From Candidatus Omnitrophota bacterium (lineage in GTDB: Bacteria; Omnitrophota; Gorgyraeia; JABMRN01; RBG-13-46-9), in assembly GCA_043817155.1 (NCBI GenBank), contig JBDRHE010000059.1, positions 65,540 to 129,539 of the forward strand: a stretch of 64,000 nucleotides of DNA, given 5' to 3'. Shown here one piece after another: positions 9,383 through 19,501 of the stretch. Both the position numbers and the translations under genes were made by a program. The notes under the pieces were generated by a model, which did no database searches, was not told the DNA's origin, and was given only the letters and a program-made list of their open reading frames with translations. Position 1 is the stretch's first letter. Each line of letters begins with the position of its first letter.

Positions 9383-10093
9383 TTACCTTGGGTCAAACAG
9401 TGATTTGAACTCAAAAAGGGTTCGTTTTAAGGGAGATTGGATTGTCGACCTGCATAAGCCGGCCGATTTAATTGTAGGCAGAATTGTTATAAAATCGCCA
9501 TAATTGTGATCCGGTAGGGGCTCACCGCTAAGTGTCACCCCTTTCCAATTGCCGGCTTTTATATCATCAAGACTCGCGAACTCACCATGATCATTTACAA
9601 AGTAGACCCCATACTGGGCATCGAAGACAGACCATCTATTATCTAGCTTCACAAATGAGAGTAACGCCGTTCGCTTCTTACCCTCTGTCCCGACCAGTGA
9701 ATAGAACGCTTCGAGACCCGCATAATTGCAAAGTGTCGAGAAGACATCCTGGGATTGGTCATTGGTCCCGTAGCCCCTAACAATTATGTGCCAGACATGG
9801 TCGTCTATAACAGGATAACCATCTGGTACTCTCCTTATATTTCCGTTTATCCAGATAAGTATCTTCATAACCCTTTCCCTCTCGTTATCCGAAGGGGCTA
9901 CGATCTGTTTCACCAAAAGTTGATAATTATAATGCCTGTCGAAGAAATTCAATACTTTAAGGTATAGCGGTAATGTTATGGTATGTACCTTCTGGTTTAT
10001 GCCCTGGCGGGTAGAGACTTCAATATTAAGAGTGAAGATTGCAAAAAAGAACATGCCTATTAAAACTGAAAGGGATATGAGTCTCTTCTTCAT
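9383..10093 (-). CDS. Hypothetical exported/membrane-anchored protein (weak transglutaminase-like resemblance)
   Basis: N-terminal signal/TM segment (LISLSVLIGMFFFAIF). HVWH and RWSVFD motifs vaguely resemble a transglutaminase-like core, but the order is atypical. Confidence 0.3.
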   Translation of the reverse strand: MKKRLISLSVLIGMFFFAIFTLNIEVSTRQGINQKVHTITLPLYLKVLNFFDRHYNYQLLVKQIVAPSDNERERVMKILIWINGNIRRVPDGYPVIDDHVWHIIVRGYGTNDQSQDVFSTLCNYAGLEAFYSLVGTEGKKRTALLSFVKLDNRWSVFDAQYGVYFVNDHGEFASLDDIKAGNWKGVTLSGEPLPDHNYGDFITILPTIKSAGLCRSTIQSPLKRTLFEFKSLFDPR

Positions 10094-10120
10094 TTGATCA
10101 AGTTATCTTCCCCGTATATT

Positions 10121-11188
10121 CTAATCGATAAATCTCTCATGCCACATCTCAAGCATTAAAAGGGACCAGAGCTGGAACGTGTAGTCGCGGGTACCCGAAG
10201 TGTGCTCTTTTACCATTGAGCAAACGGTATCATGATTAAAATATCCTCTTTTCGTAGAGGGTCCCGAAAGTAATGTATCGTGCAAAAGATCCTTTAACTC
10301 ATTTCTGAACCACTTCCCAACCGGCACGCCAAAACCCATCTTACTCCTTACGATATTCTCTCTCGGAAGAAGGTCCTTGACCGCTCTTTTTAGAATGTAC
10401 TTCTTTACAAACCGGCGCATCTTATATTCAGCCGGAAGTTTTGCGACAAATTCCATCAGTTTATGGTCGAGAAACGGCGAACGCGCCTCAAGCGAACAGG
10501 CCATGCTGGCTATATCGACCTTTACAAGAAGATCATCCGGCAGATACGTATGTGTGTCCGTAGCCAGAAGCCTGTCAAGATGGCTTCCCTTCCGGCAATT
10601 GCCGATAAAAGGTTCTATGCGGCTCAATGGACTCTTCATGGTAGTGCGATTCTTAAAATCTTCTGAATATAGCTTCTCCTTTAAATCATTCTGCATTATA
10701 CCTACCCACCTTATGTATCTCTCCGCGAAAGGCAGATCAGCGCCATCAAAGAATCTCTTGATTCTACGCAATCTATTCTTTGAATCCATGGAGTCCGGTA
10801 ACGCGGCCGCAAAACCACTTACTATCCTCTTTAGTGGGGTAGGCATATTCTGATATATCTCCGAAGCGATCATCGCTTTATACCGATCATACCCGGCAAA
10901 CAATTCATCCCCGCCATCGCCGTTCAGCGCTACGGTTACGTAGCGACGCGTCTGGCTTGAAACATAGTAGGTGGGGATGCAGGAAGAATCAGCATATGGT
11001 TCTCCGTACCTCTCTACCAAAAGCGGCAAAATTTCAAGTGCGTTGGGTTTTACTATCAGTTCGTGGTGTATTGTGTTGAACCTCTTAGCCACCCTTCTTG
11101 CGTGTTCTAACTCGTCGTATGATCTCTCCTCAAATCCTATAGAGAATGTCTTAATACGATTTTCGGATAACTGGCTCATAAGGCCCAC
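10121..11188 (-). CDS. Asparagine synthetase-like amidotransferase (AsnB/PseA family), C-terminal synthetase half
   Basis: Asparagine-synthase domain. The PP-loop FLSGGIDSS is encoded just upstream, in frame, immediately after an in-frame TGA. Confidence 0.7.
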   Translation of the reverse strand: MGLMSQLSENRIKTFSIGFEERSYDELEHARRVAKRFNTIHHELIVKPNALEILPLLVERYGEPYADSSCIPTYYVSSQTRRYVTVALNGDGGDELFAGYDRYKAMIASEIYQNMPTPLKRIVSGFAAALPDSMDSKNRLRRIKRFFDGADLPFAERYIRWVGIMQNDLKEKLYSEDFKNRTTMKSPLSRIEPFIGNCRKGSHLDRLLATDTHTYLPDDLLVKVDIASMACSLEARSPFLDHKLMEFVAKLPAEYKMRRFVKKYILKRAVKDLLPRENIVRSKMGFGVPVGKWFRNELKDLLHDTLLSGPSTKRGYFNHDTVCSMVKEHTSGTRDYTFQLWSLLMLEMWHERFID

Positions 11189-11224
11189 GATTGTGCTCGA
11201 ATCTATGCCACCGCTTAAAAACGC

Positions 11225-12013
11225 TCAAAGCGGAACATCGCTGTATAATCTGATATTTACCGCATCCTTAAGGTATCTCATGACTTCCGTTGCAGCGTCT
11301 TCCTCGGATATTTTGATCTTCGCGGAATAGTCAAGGTTCCAGTATCGCCTCAAGGTAGCCTTTTCGTCTTCTAATGTTAGTGTATGGGCCGGCGGCAATT
11401 TGAAGATATCCTCGTATATGGTCAAAGGCGCCGGAATATACCCGAAGGTGAGATAATGGTGCATTGCCTCGTAGCTTATCTTTTTTTCTATGAGTCCGCT
11501 CTCTAAAATCGAAGTGAATTCCGAAGCGAAAACGAATCTCCGGTCCTTATGATAATAGAGCAATGGTTTTTGTCCCGCGCGATCCCTGGCGATAAAAAGC
11601 GTTCGCTTCTTCTGGTCCCATATCGCGAAGGCAAACATGCCACGTAAATACTTGACGCACTCTTCTTTGTGTTCTTCGTAAAGATGTACCGCTACCTCCG
11701 CATCCGTATTTGATCTGAATATATGACCCTTGTTTTTAAGCTCTTCCCTTAAAGTCTTATAATTGTAAATTTCGCCATTCAGCACAAGCCGGATACTTTC
11801 GTCCTCATTAGCCATAGGCTGCGTCCCCTGCGAACTTAAATCGATTATGCTAAGTCTCCTGTGACCCAGTCCGACTTTGGGCGACGATTCAAGGTTAATA
11901 TAAATTCCTCTGTTATCCGGCCCCCTATGCGTCATCTTGTCAGTCATAGCCTGGATCTTATCACGGCTTATAGCGCCGCTTGCATTGTCTATTAGCCCGC
12001 ATATTCCGCACAT
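11225..12013 (-). CDS. Asparagine synthetase-like amidotransferase, N-terminal class II glutamine amidotransferase half (same gene as 10121-11188, interrupted by an in-frame TGA at 11225-11227)
   Basis: MCGICG N-terminal nucleophile Cys; ends ...SDVPL then TGA, then AFLSGGIDSS in the same frame. Confidence 0.7.
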   Translation of the reverse strand: MCGICGLIDNASGAISRDKIQAMTDKMTHRGPDNRGIYINLESSPKVGLGHRRLSIIDLSSQGTQPMANEDESIRLVLNGEIYNYKTLREELKNKGHIFRSNTDAEVAVHLYEEHKEECVKYLRGMFAFAIWDQKKRTLFIARDRAGQKPLLYYHKDRRFVFASEFTSILESGLIEKKISYEAMHHYLTFGYIPAPLTIYEDIFKLPPAHTLTLEDEKATLRRYWNLDYSAKIKISEEDAATEVMRYLKDAVNIRLYSDVPL

Positions 12014-12019
12014 CGCCCG

Positions 12020-13060
12020 TCAAACCCCCTTTACGCAATTTTCTAAAATCTTTAGAAATTTAGGCGCGTTTACATTCAATGAATAGTTCCTCTCGGCTGT
12101 CCTTCTGCCTTCGGCGCCCAATCTTTGGCGTAAAGGCAACGATTCTATGAGCCGGGATAGTTTTTCGCACCACTCCTCAATTCCTGAGGCCAGAAATCCG
12201 TTTACGCCGTCCTGTATAACCTCCGCGTTCATCCCGACAGGAGATGCGACCGCCGGAATGCCGACCGCCATATACTGGATTATCTTAAACGCGCACTTTC
12301 CCCTTGTCCATTCATCGTCAGGCATCGGCATGAGCCCAATATCAAAGTGCTGCAGCTCCGTAACTTCCGAATTCAGTACCCAATCCTTATTCACTAAAGA
12401 GACATCCGCGCTCTTATCGAACCGTGCGCCGATAACGCGATATTCCACGTTATGATATTTTTGCGACAAGATCCTGAAAACTTCTTTGATCTCCGAAAGA
12501 TACTTTGCGGTTGTAGGCGAACCCATCCACCCGATCACAGTTTTTTTGTTATCTCTGAACCGTATAGCCGGTTTATATCTGTCTGTATCGATACATGTGT
12601 GGAGAACCTCCACATTTTTATTGAGCTTCAAGGCATACTCTTTTAAGAACCCGTTTCCCGCTATCACAAAATCCGATAAAGCTATGATCTTCTTTACCTT
12701 TGACGGTTTTGTAAGAAAGATGGAATCGTCAAAATCGTATATCAGTTTTTTTGACAACTTACCGAAAAGCCATTCAAAGATGCAATCATTTGTCGGGAAC
12801 GCTTCCCTGTGTATAAAAACGATCTCATAATTACGGCACTTGAATACATCCGCCAGTCTTAAGACGGTAAAAAAGACCAGGTACAGTATCTTTTGTAAAT
12901 ACCGGCCTTTCTTCAGGAGGATTTTCCTGAAATTACTACTGTAGAACGGCCGCACTGAAAAATTTATCCCTCTCTCCTTTAGCGTTGGCAGATATTGTTC
13001 AACCCGGAACCTGTTGCTTGGCCCTTCTGTCGGATACGGCACTATGAACAAAACTTTCAT
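12020..13060 (-). CDS. Glycosyltransferase family 4 (GT-B, GT1/GT4 type)
   Basis: C-terminal GIPAVASPVGMNAEVIQDGVNGFL motif typical of retaining GT4 enzymes. Confidence 0.7.
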   Translation of the reverse strand: MKVLFIVPYPTEGPSNRFRVEQYLPTLKERGINFSVRPFYSSNFRKILLKKGRYLQKILYLVFFTVLRLADVFKCRNYEIVFIHREAFPTNDCIFEWLFGKLSKKLIYDFDDSIFLTKPSKVKKIIALSDFVIAGNGFLKEYALKLNKNVEVLHTCIDTDRYKPAIRFRDNKKTVIGWMGSPTTAKYLSEIKEVFRILSQKYHNVEYRVIGARFDKSADVSLVNKDWVLNSEVTELQHFDIGLMPMPDDEWTRGKCAFKIIQYMAVGIPAVASPVGMNAEVIQDGVNGFLASGIEEWCEKLSRLIESLPLRQRLGAEGRRTAERNYSLNVNAPKFLKILENCVKGV

Positions 13061-13074
13061 AACAAACCCTGATT

Positions 13075-14292
13075 TTACATCATTAATTTACTATAGATCT
13101 CTTTATACTTCTCTACAGCGGCGTCTAAAGAAAATAGATCTTCCGCAATTTTGCGGCATCGCTTCTTAACAGCTTCCCTGTCCCCGATTAACGCCTTTAT
13201 TTTTTCATATGCCCGCTCATATTCCTCATGGGAGAATTCTTCAATCACGGCGCCAACATCATAATCCCTGATTATACGATCGCAGTCACCAATACCGGAA
13301 TTAATGACAACAGGTACCCCGCATGCCAGGCTTTCACCAAGTTTTATCGGCGAGCATCCGATCCCGGATAGCTTACGGTTATAAAATATCAATGAAAAAT
13401 TCGCGCGTGAAAAAGCTTCTGGCATATCTTTGTAATGGAGGGTATCCACACGGTAATCTGCCGCTCTTATGCCGAAAGAGAGCGCCTTTTTGCGAATTGC
13501 GTCCCTGGAATAGTTTGAAATGATCCAGAGAAAAGCTTCTTTTTTCCGTTCTTTCAAAAAACAGAAAAAATCAAGAATTCCGTTCAGGTTATAAAAACTT
13601 CCTAGATTCCCTGTATATAAAATTACCCATTTGTTCTCAATATCTCCGGCCATAGTCGTACCCTGCGTCTCTCCGGAAACGACGTCTGGTTTATCCGAAA
13701 ATACCTTCAAATCAACACCGCAGGGTATGACGGCAATATCGGATTTTACGTGAAAATGTCCGAGAATCGTTCTTTTTGCAGAGTCCGATAAAACAATTAT
13801 ATAATCCGCTTTTAAAAGAAGATAATTTTCCAATCTCTTGAATACAGAATAGAGGAGCCCTCCTTTTTCCCACGCTCCCGCGTCCACCTTTTCATCGGGC
13901 CAAAAGCCGCGCATATCAAATATGATCTTTATTTTAAGAAAGCGTTTCAGGATACACCCCATCAGCGCCGCTATATACCCTCTTGCATGAACTACGTCGA
14001 TCCCCTCTTTTTTAACAATATAAATTCCGGTAATAACACCCTGAAAAATATCGAAGAGAGTAGCCGGTACCGTAGGATGTTTATGATATCTTTTGCGTAC
14101 CCAGCTTATATGCTTATTCTCTAATGTTTTGCGGAGCTTACGATCCTTATCTCCGACGGGATCTCTCTCTTTTTCAAAACTAAGAAGCGTAATAAGGATC
14201 CCACTGCCTGAAAGCCGCTTAAGATACGGAACAATTTGCGATTCAGAAACGAAGTCCGATATTGCATCATAGGTAATATACAAGATTTTCAT
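13075..14292 (-). CDS. Glycosyltransferase family 4
   Basis: GVPVVINSGIGDCDRII C-terminal GT4 motif; 405 aa. Confidence 0.7.
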   Translation of the reverse strand: MKILYITYDAISDFVSESQIVPYLKRLSGSGILITLLSFEKERDPVGDKDRKLRKTLENKHISWVRKRYHKHPTVPATLFDIFQGVITGIYIVKKEGIDVVHARGYIAALMGCILKRFLKIKIIFDMRGFWPDEKVDAGAWEKGGLLYSVFKRLENYLLLKADYIIVLSDSAKRTILGHFHVKSDIAVIPCGVDLKVFSDKPDVVSGETQGTTMAGDIENKWVILYTGNLGSFYNLNGILDFFCFLKERKKEAFLWIISNYSRDAIRKKALSFGIRAADYRVDTLHYKDMPEAFSRANFSLIFYNRKLSGIGCSPIKLGESLACGVPVVINSGIGDCDRIIRDYDVGAVIEEFSHEEYERAYEKIKALIGDREAVKKRCRKIAEDLFSLDAAVEKYKEIYSKLMM

Positions 14293-15725
14293 TATTGGCG
14301 CAATAATTTATGAGTTTTTTCTTTACCAAGCATGATTACGCAAAATCCATAGCACGAATAAATAATTATAAATGGCATAAACATATCCCTGTGCCTAACC
14401 ACATTGCCGATAAGGCCTTCCGCCATGGCCTGGGGTATCATGAGTGTGGTTAAGACTAAGACTATCGCGGTAGAAATAAGGAAATCCCGACGCATGGAAA
14501 TCAAAATTCCTAAGAGCATAAATGGAAAGGTGAGGAACGTCAGGATTGCCTGGGGATAGAAAATCGCAAGCAAGGGGTGCCCGTATGGGATATCCCATAG
14601 AAATGGTGAATAAAGATAATAAGCCAAAGCTTTGAAGCATGAATAGGCAAGGCCAATGTCAAGGAAGTCATTCAAATCCATGCCTACGGAACCTTTCTCA
14701 TATACAGCTTCCTTATATATCCTAAAAGTTTCCGCTGAAGAAGAATTTTCAAACGAAATATGGTGATCGAACATAGCCGTTATTCCTTCCTTCAGAGAGC
14801 CGGCGATTGTCGGCAAACTGAACATAAGCCGATTTATTAAAACAGCATATAGCAATATTAATAATATTGATTTTGCTAAGTTTTTTCTATCCAGAAAATC
14901 CTTTAAACACTTTATCAGCAGCACAAGAATAAACCCTATCAGAAAGAGGATTGCTGCTTTTGTCTTTAATAAACTTAAAAAAAACAAAGAAATAATAGCG
15001 ATAAATAGTGAAGATTTTTTATTTTGTTTGAAATAGACCAGCACGAAGAGTATGTACACCAAAAATAAAAAATTAACTACCGTATCTTGCAGCAAAGTAA
15101 CAGACCAAAATATTATCGACGGAAAAAACATTACAATACCCGATGATACCTTTGCTGTTATTTCACTCTTGACCAATTTTCTTGCGATAAAGTAAACCAG
15201 TATCGCGCCTAAAGCGCCGAAAAGAGAGTTTAAAAGCTTCGCGGCTATGGGGGCGTAACCTATCCACGCATACAATACGCCTAGCAGGTTTACATAAATA
15301 CCGAATTGATATTCTCCGGGAAGCGGTATAACGCCTTTGTATATATCATATGACATCTTTAATTTGTCTGCCAGAAACGGATCCTTTATGAACTGGCTTA
15401 TAAAATTAGCTCCTTTTAGGACGCTTGCGATATAAAAGGCATTGCTGTTATAAATGATCGCGTCCGGCTGCGTATCAGCCGCCTGCCAGGCGCCTGTCAG
15501 GCCAAAATAATAATTTACTATCGCGAGTACTGCCCTTACTGCAAAGCCAAACACAAATAAGCGCGCCAGGAAATCGCCGGACCCTGTATGCGTATAGCGC
15601 TTTATACAATAAAAAGAGATTGAAAATAGCGCGCATATAAATAAGATGCCGGGAGAAAGGGTAAGCGCGATTCCCAATATCAACCCAAGCAGTAAGATAG
15701 CTATCTTCCTATTGTATCCGGTCAT
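14292..15725 (-). CDS. Polytopic membrane protein, putative GT-C-type glycosyltransferase or glycan polymerase
   Basis: More than 10 predicted TM helices and no soluble domains; located among glycosyltransferases. Confidence 0.4.
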   Translation of the reverse strand: MTGYNRKIAILLLGLILGIALTLSPGILFICALFSISFYCIKRYTHTGSGDFLARLFVFGFAVRAVLAIVNYYFGLTGAWQAADTQPDAIIYNSNAFYIASVLKGANFISQFIKDPFLADKLKMSYDIYKGVIPLPGEYQFGIYVNLLGVLYAWIGYAPIAAKLLNSLFGALGAILVYFIARKLVKSEITAKVSSGIVMFFPSIIFWSVTLLQDTVVNFLFLVYILFVLVYFKQNKKSSLFIAIISLFFLSLLKTKAAILFLIGFILVLLIKCLKDFLDRKNLAKSILLILLYAVLINRLMFSLPTIAGSLKEGITAMFDHHISFENSSSAETFRIYKEAVYEKGSVGMDLNDFLDIGLAYSCFKALAYYLYSPFLWDIPYGHPLLAIFYPQAILTFLTFPFMLLGILISMRRDFLISTAIVLVLTTLMIPQAMAEGLIGNVVRHRDMFMPFIIIYSCYGFCVIMLGKEKTHKLLRQ

Positions 15726-16312
15726 GTTGCGCTTCCCATTTTATCTCTGCTCAATTTGATCATATAAAAAATTTGATTGAACCCGAAAAGGAATCTATGG
15801 TAATCCTGTATCACAAAATCTTGCTTTACCAGATCTTCCATTTTCGGTAAATCGCAATAAAAGACATGATTAGTTTCAATTTCTTTGGCGTACATTTTCA
15901 TAAGACCTTCCGCGGTCTTTAATGGCGTGGTAATGATAAGTATCCCGTTAGGTTTCAAAACCCGCGCGATTTCCGAAATTAACTTTTGAGGCGAACCGAT
16001 ATGCTCTATAACCGCCAGAAGCGTGACATAATCAAAGTAATTATCAGAAAAATTCAATTTATCCTTGACCTCGTCCCCCCACAATCTGTCCAATCCAAAC
16101 CGTTCTTTACATTTTGAGCGTCTTAAGAAATAACCGTCTCCGCAGCCTATATCCAGATGCCTCCTGGCCGGTTTCATATATCTTTCCGCATTAATAGCGC
16201 GAAGCCAGCGCGTTAAAGGGATGATCAATGTACCAAGCAAACCTTTCGGTCTGGCATAAGAGAAAGACGGCACATTTGATTTCGCTGCTTCATCCCCGAC
16301 AATCCTCAACAT
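15722..16312 (-). CDS. Class I SAM-dependent methyltransferase
   Basis: Motif I HLDIGCGDGYF. Confidence 0.7.
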   Translation of the reverse strand: MLRIVGDEAAKSNVPSFSYARPKGLLGTLIIPLTRWLRAINAERYMKPARRHLDIGCGDGYFLRRSKCKERFGLDRLWGDEVKDKLNFSDNYFDYVTLLAVIEHIGSPQKLISEIARVLKPNGILIITTPLKTAEGLMKMYAKEIETNHVFYCDLPKMEDLVKQDFVIQDYHRFLFGFNQIFYMIKLSRDKMGSAT

Positions 16313-16313
16313 A

Positions 16314-17963
16314 CTACTTTTTCACTCCATATGAGATGACAATTTTCTGCGGTTCATGCCCCCCTAAATTTGGTCTCCAGAAAAAAGTTGTCTTACGGGC
16401 AAACTCCTTAATAACATTTTGGTATTTAATTTCTACACCGTAATTACGGATTTTCTCTCTTGTCTTCCAGAAAGAGATCCTATCGGGATGACTAAAAACG
16501 GGAAAGATAACATAATAAGCATGGCTGGTGTTCAATTCTTCAACGAGATCGCCCTCCTCCTCCTCACTCAAGGAATATTGCCTCCCCTTTACAAAGCGTA
16601 TGTTATCGCCGGTATTGAATGCGTCTTTTGCGTCATTCAATAAGAAGGTTATGTCGTAGTCTTTAAATAATTCGTTATGGATAACCCATCCCGGATCACC
16701 GATGATAACGATCTTTTGGCGCTGATCCACATTATTTTTTACCCATGCGCTGGCGTTATAACGGACATCCCCATAGGCATAGATATTGTCACACGCCCAT
16801 GTATAGGCTAAGGATAGCAGCCATATTAAAAAGATCGAAACAAATGCGTACTTTTTGAAAATTCCTTTCAGTTTAAAAATACCATCGGCAATGCTTGAAC
16901 TCAATATAAGCAAAAACGGAACAATCAGAATTATGTATTTCATTTCGAAAGTCACTGGACTTAAACAAGCGAATGCGAAAGATGGGACTACCGTGAGCAT
17001 TATAAGTTTAACCGGAGAAGAATAATTTTTTTTAAACAAGCTAAAAACGATCCCACAGACAACTAACAGAAAAAGCGCCACCCCGAATATATCTTTCAAA
17101 AGCAGAATATATCCCACTATTCCTGATAGGCAAAGATGAACTATAGAATCCCGGGATTGCGGCAGATAGTATGCTTTATAGAATCCCATAGCATTCAGAT
17201 AGGAGGAAAAATTATAGATGGCTCCGGGAAATCCTATGAAGAAGCCGCCCAAAAACGAAGCCCCTGCAAGTGGAATGTACTTTAGATCTCTTTTTGACAC
17301 CTTTATCAGCAAATAGCAAAGTGGAAAGATGACGATGCCGCCGTTATATTTTGTAGCAAGCGCAAGGCCCCCCAAAATAAAAGGAACCACATATCTCTTA
17401 ACCGTATTCTTTTCAAAATAATGGATACACGAAAAAACTGTCGCGAGCACAACAGAGATAAGCAAACTTGTGCTTTTAGCCGTGTGGGCTTCTGAAACAA
17501 AGCCCATCGTAACGCTCAAAAACAATGCGGTAAAAATACCCGCTCTTTTGGAAAAAGAGATCTTCGCGATACGATATGCCATATAGACTGTTAACACAGC
17601 AAAGATTGCCGAAGATAGTCTCGCTGTTATGTAGACGAGCGTAGAAAACATGGGATCTGTATTGGAAAGATGTATCCATGATACCGAAGCAGCCTGCTTA
17701 ACGGCAAGAAGCGGATACCCGACAATCTTTAAAAAGGAAAGTAGCGGCAAGAAAAATATAATGAGCACAAAATAATGAAATGTCGGATGAAAAGGGTCCG
17801 ATTGTGGCACAACGCTCTTTTCTGCGATCATGCGCAGGGCTCCTGCAACCGGCTCATCCGTACACCACCTTGAAGGCAATCCCCAACCTATGCCGTATAT
17901 GCACAGAAAAAAAACGGTGAGCAAGGCAAGAACTAGCAAGAGACCCCTGGCATCTTTTTGCAT
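16314..17963 (-). CDS. GT-C fold glycosyltransferase (ArnT/PMT, GT39/GT83-like)
   Basis: Polytopic protein with N-terminal loop DEP motif (WCTDEPVAGALRM) characteristic of ArnT/PMT-type transferases that use polyprenyl-phosphate sugars. Confidence 0.55.
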   Translation of the reverse strand: MQKDARGLLLVLALLTVFFLCIYGIGWGLPSRWCTDEPVAGALRMIAEKSVVPQSDPFHPTFHYFVLIIFFLPLLSFLKIVGYPLLAVKQAASVSWIHLSNTDPMFSTLVYITARLSSAIFAVLTVYMAYRIAKISFSKRAGIFTALFLSVTMGFVSEAHTAKSTSLLISVVLATVFSCIHYFEKNTVKRYVVPFILGGLALATKYNGGIVIFPLCYLLIKVSKRDLKYIPLAGASFLGGFFIGFPGAIYNFSSYLNAMGFYKAYYLPQSRDSIVHLCLSGIVGYILLLKDIFGVALFLLVVCGIVFSLFKKNYSSPVKLIMLTVVPSFAFACLSPVTFEMKYIILIVPFLLILSSSIADGIFKLKGIFKKYAFVSIFLIWLLSLAYTWACDNIYAYGDVRYNASAWVKNNVDQRQKIVIIGDPGWVIHNELFKDYDITFLLNDAKDAFNTGDNIRFVKGRQYSLSEEEEGDLVEELNTSHAYYVIFPVFSHPDRISFWKTREKIRNYGVEIKYQNVIKEFARKTTFFWRPNLGGHEPQKIVISYGVKK

Positions 17964-17965
17964 AT

Positions 17966-19501
17966 CTACGCCTTCAAAAGCTTAAGTCCCGCCTTTGCCT
18001 TTCTTTTAAATTCTTCGAATGTCCGTATCTTTAACATTCTGCTCATAATATAGGAAGGGCGGGTATAGAATTCTTTATAGGCATAATGCAAAAGCTCCTG
18101 GAGCTCCTTTTCGGACAATATCCCTTCCCAGTATTTTGTTCTGAAATCCTTACGCGGAGACTTCGCAAAATCCCTCCAATAATCCTGTTTGAATATTCCG
18201 CTTTTCAGCGCGTCTTCATAGGCCTCGGTGCCGGGAAATGGCGTAAATATGGTTATGTGGACGTAATCGGGGTCAAGTTTTTTGGCAAAATCTATCGTTT
18301 TCAATATATCATCTCTGGTCTCCTCCGGGGCCCCGATCATGAAATAAGCGAAAGTTGAGATACCAATATCTTTTGTAGCCTTGAATATCTTTATAGCCCT
18401 GTCCAGGTCTATGTCTTTCTTAAGAACCTTCAATATCTTTTCGGTGCCGGCTTCCACGCCATAGTGTATTCTCTGGCAATTTGATTTTTTTAGCGCCATG
18501 AGCATCTCGCGGTCGACATTGCTGACCCTTGTCCTTATGTCCCACCCTATTTTTAAACGCCGCCTGGCTATCTCTTCGCATACTTCCATTACCCTATTCC
18601 TCTGCACGGTAAACGTATCGTCATAAATGAATATCTCTTTTATGCCCATATTCTGACATTCTTCCATCTCGTCTACCACTTTTCCGGGCGAGATAGCCCG
18701 AAAGACCTTTCCCATGCTTGGCCTATAACAGAACGTACACCGATAAGGACAACCCCTGCTTGTAAACATCGTTGTTATGGGGCTTCGCCGCGCCAAAAGA
18801 GACGTATACTTGCCGTACGGCACGAGGCGGCGTGCGGGAGACGGTAGCTTTTCAAGATCTCTTATAAAATCGGGATTGCCTGTATTGACAACATTTCCGT
18901 TCTCCTTAAAGACTACGCCCTTAACCTTTTTAAGATCTTCTATATTATGCATGTTTGACAGAAGCTCTGTAAATACAATTTCGCCCTCACCAAGTACGAC
19001 ATAATCTATCCCATGTAGATCGATCGTCTCTTCCGGAAAAATACACACGTGCGGTCCTCCAAGGACTACCTTGGTATTCTGATTGATACTTTTTACAATA
19101 TCTACCGTCTTTAAAACGTCGATCATCGTAAATGTAAGCGCCGTGATACCTACTACATCCGGACCATATTCTCTTATGCGCCTTTCGAGCTGCGGATACC
19201 CTATCTCTTCTACCGGAACGTCAATTACGTTTATCTCGTGGTCGGAATGTTTCTCCAGATATGCCGCAACATACAGTATGCCGAGCGGCGGGTTGAACCC
19301 TCTCTCTTCATCGATAATCGGAGGATTACAGCTCAATATCTCGTTCTCTACCGAAGGGTTTATAAATAGGACCTTCACGTCTATCTCGTTCTCCTGTCGA
19401 TAAGGTCTGCCAAAAGTCCGATAACCAGCGTTTGAATACCGGCCATTGCCAAAATCATCGTAGTGGTATCCAGTATTTTCGGCAAACAGAACATGCTCCA
19501 A
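17966..19501 (-). CDS. B12-binding domain radical SAM protein (class B radical SAM, putative methyltransferase)
   Basis: N-terminal cobalamin-binding Rossmann region (VLGEGE) followed by the CxxxCxxC cluster RGCPYRCTFC. Confidence 0.8.
   Translation of the reverse strand: MEHVLFAENTGYHYDDFGNGRYSNAGYRTFGRPYRQENEIDVKVLFINPSVENEILSCNPPIIDEERGFNPPLGILYVAAYLEKHSDHEINVIDVPVEEIGYPQLERRIREYGPDVVGITALTFTMIDVLKTVDIVKSINQNTKVVLGGPHVCIFPEETIDLHGIDYVVLGEGEIVFTELLSNMHNIEDLKKVKGVVFKENGNVVNTGNPDFIRDLEKLPSPARRLVPYGKYTSLLARRSPITTMFTSRGCPYRCTFCYRPSMGKVFRAISPGKVVDEMEECQNMGIKEIFIYDDTFTVQRNRVMEVCEEIARRRLKIGWDIRTRVSNVDREMLMALKKSNCQRIHYGVEAGTEKILKVLKKDIDLDRAIKIFKATKDIGISTFAYFMIGAPEETRDDILKTIDFAKKLDPDYVHITIFTPFPGTEAYEDALKSGIFKQDYWRDFAKSPRKDFRTKYWEGILSEKELQELLHYAYKEFYTRPSYIMSRMLKIRTFEEFKRKAKAGLKLLKA

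Noticed and set aside
11225-11227. Alternative genetic code (TGA=Gly, code 25) or selenocysteine at the in-frame TGA in the AsnB-like gene
   Set aside because: About 55 other long ORFs in the window are intact under the standard code and end at ordinary stops, which a TGA-sense genome would not show. The position is a conserved Gly, not a Cys/Sec site, and no SECIS-like hairpin was evident. A single-base change or error is more parsimonious.
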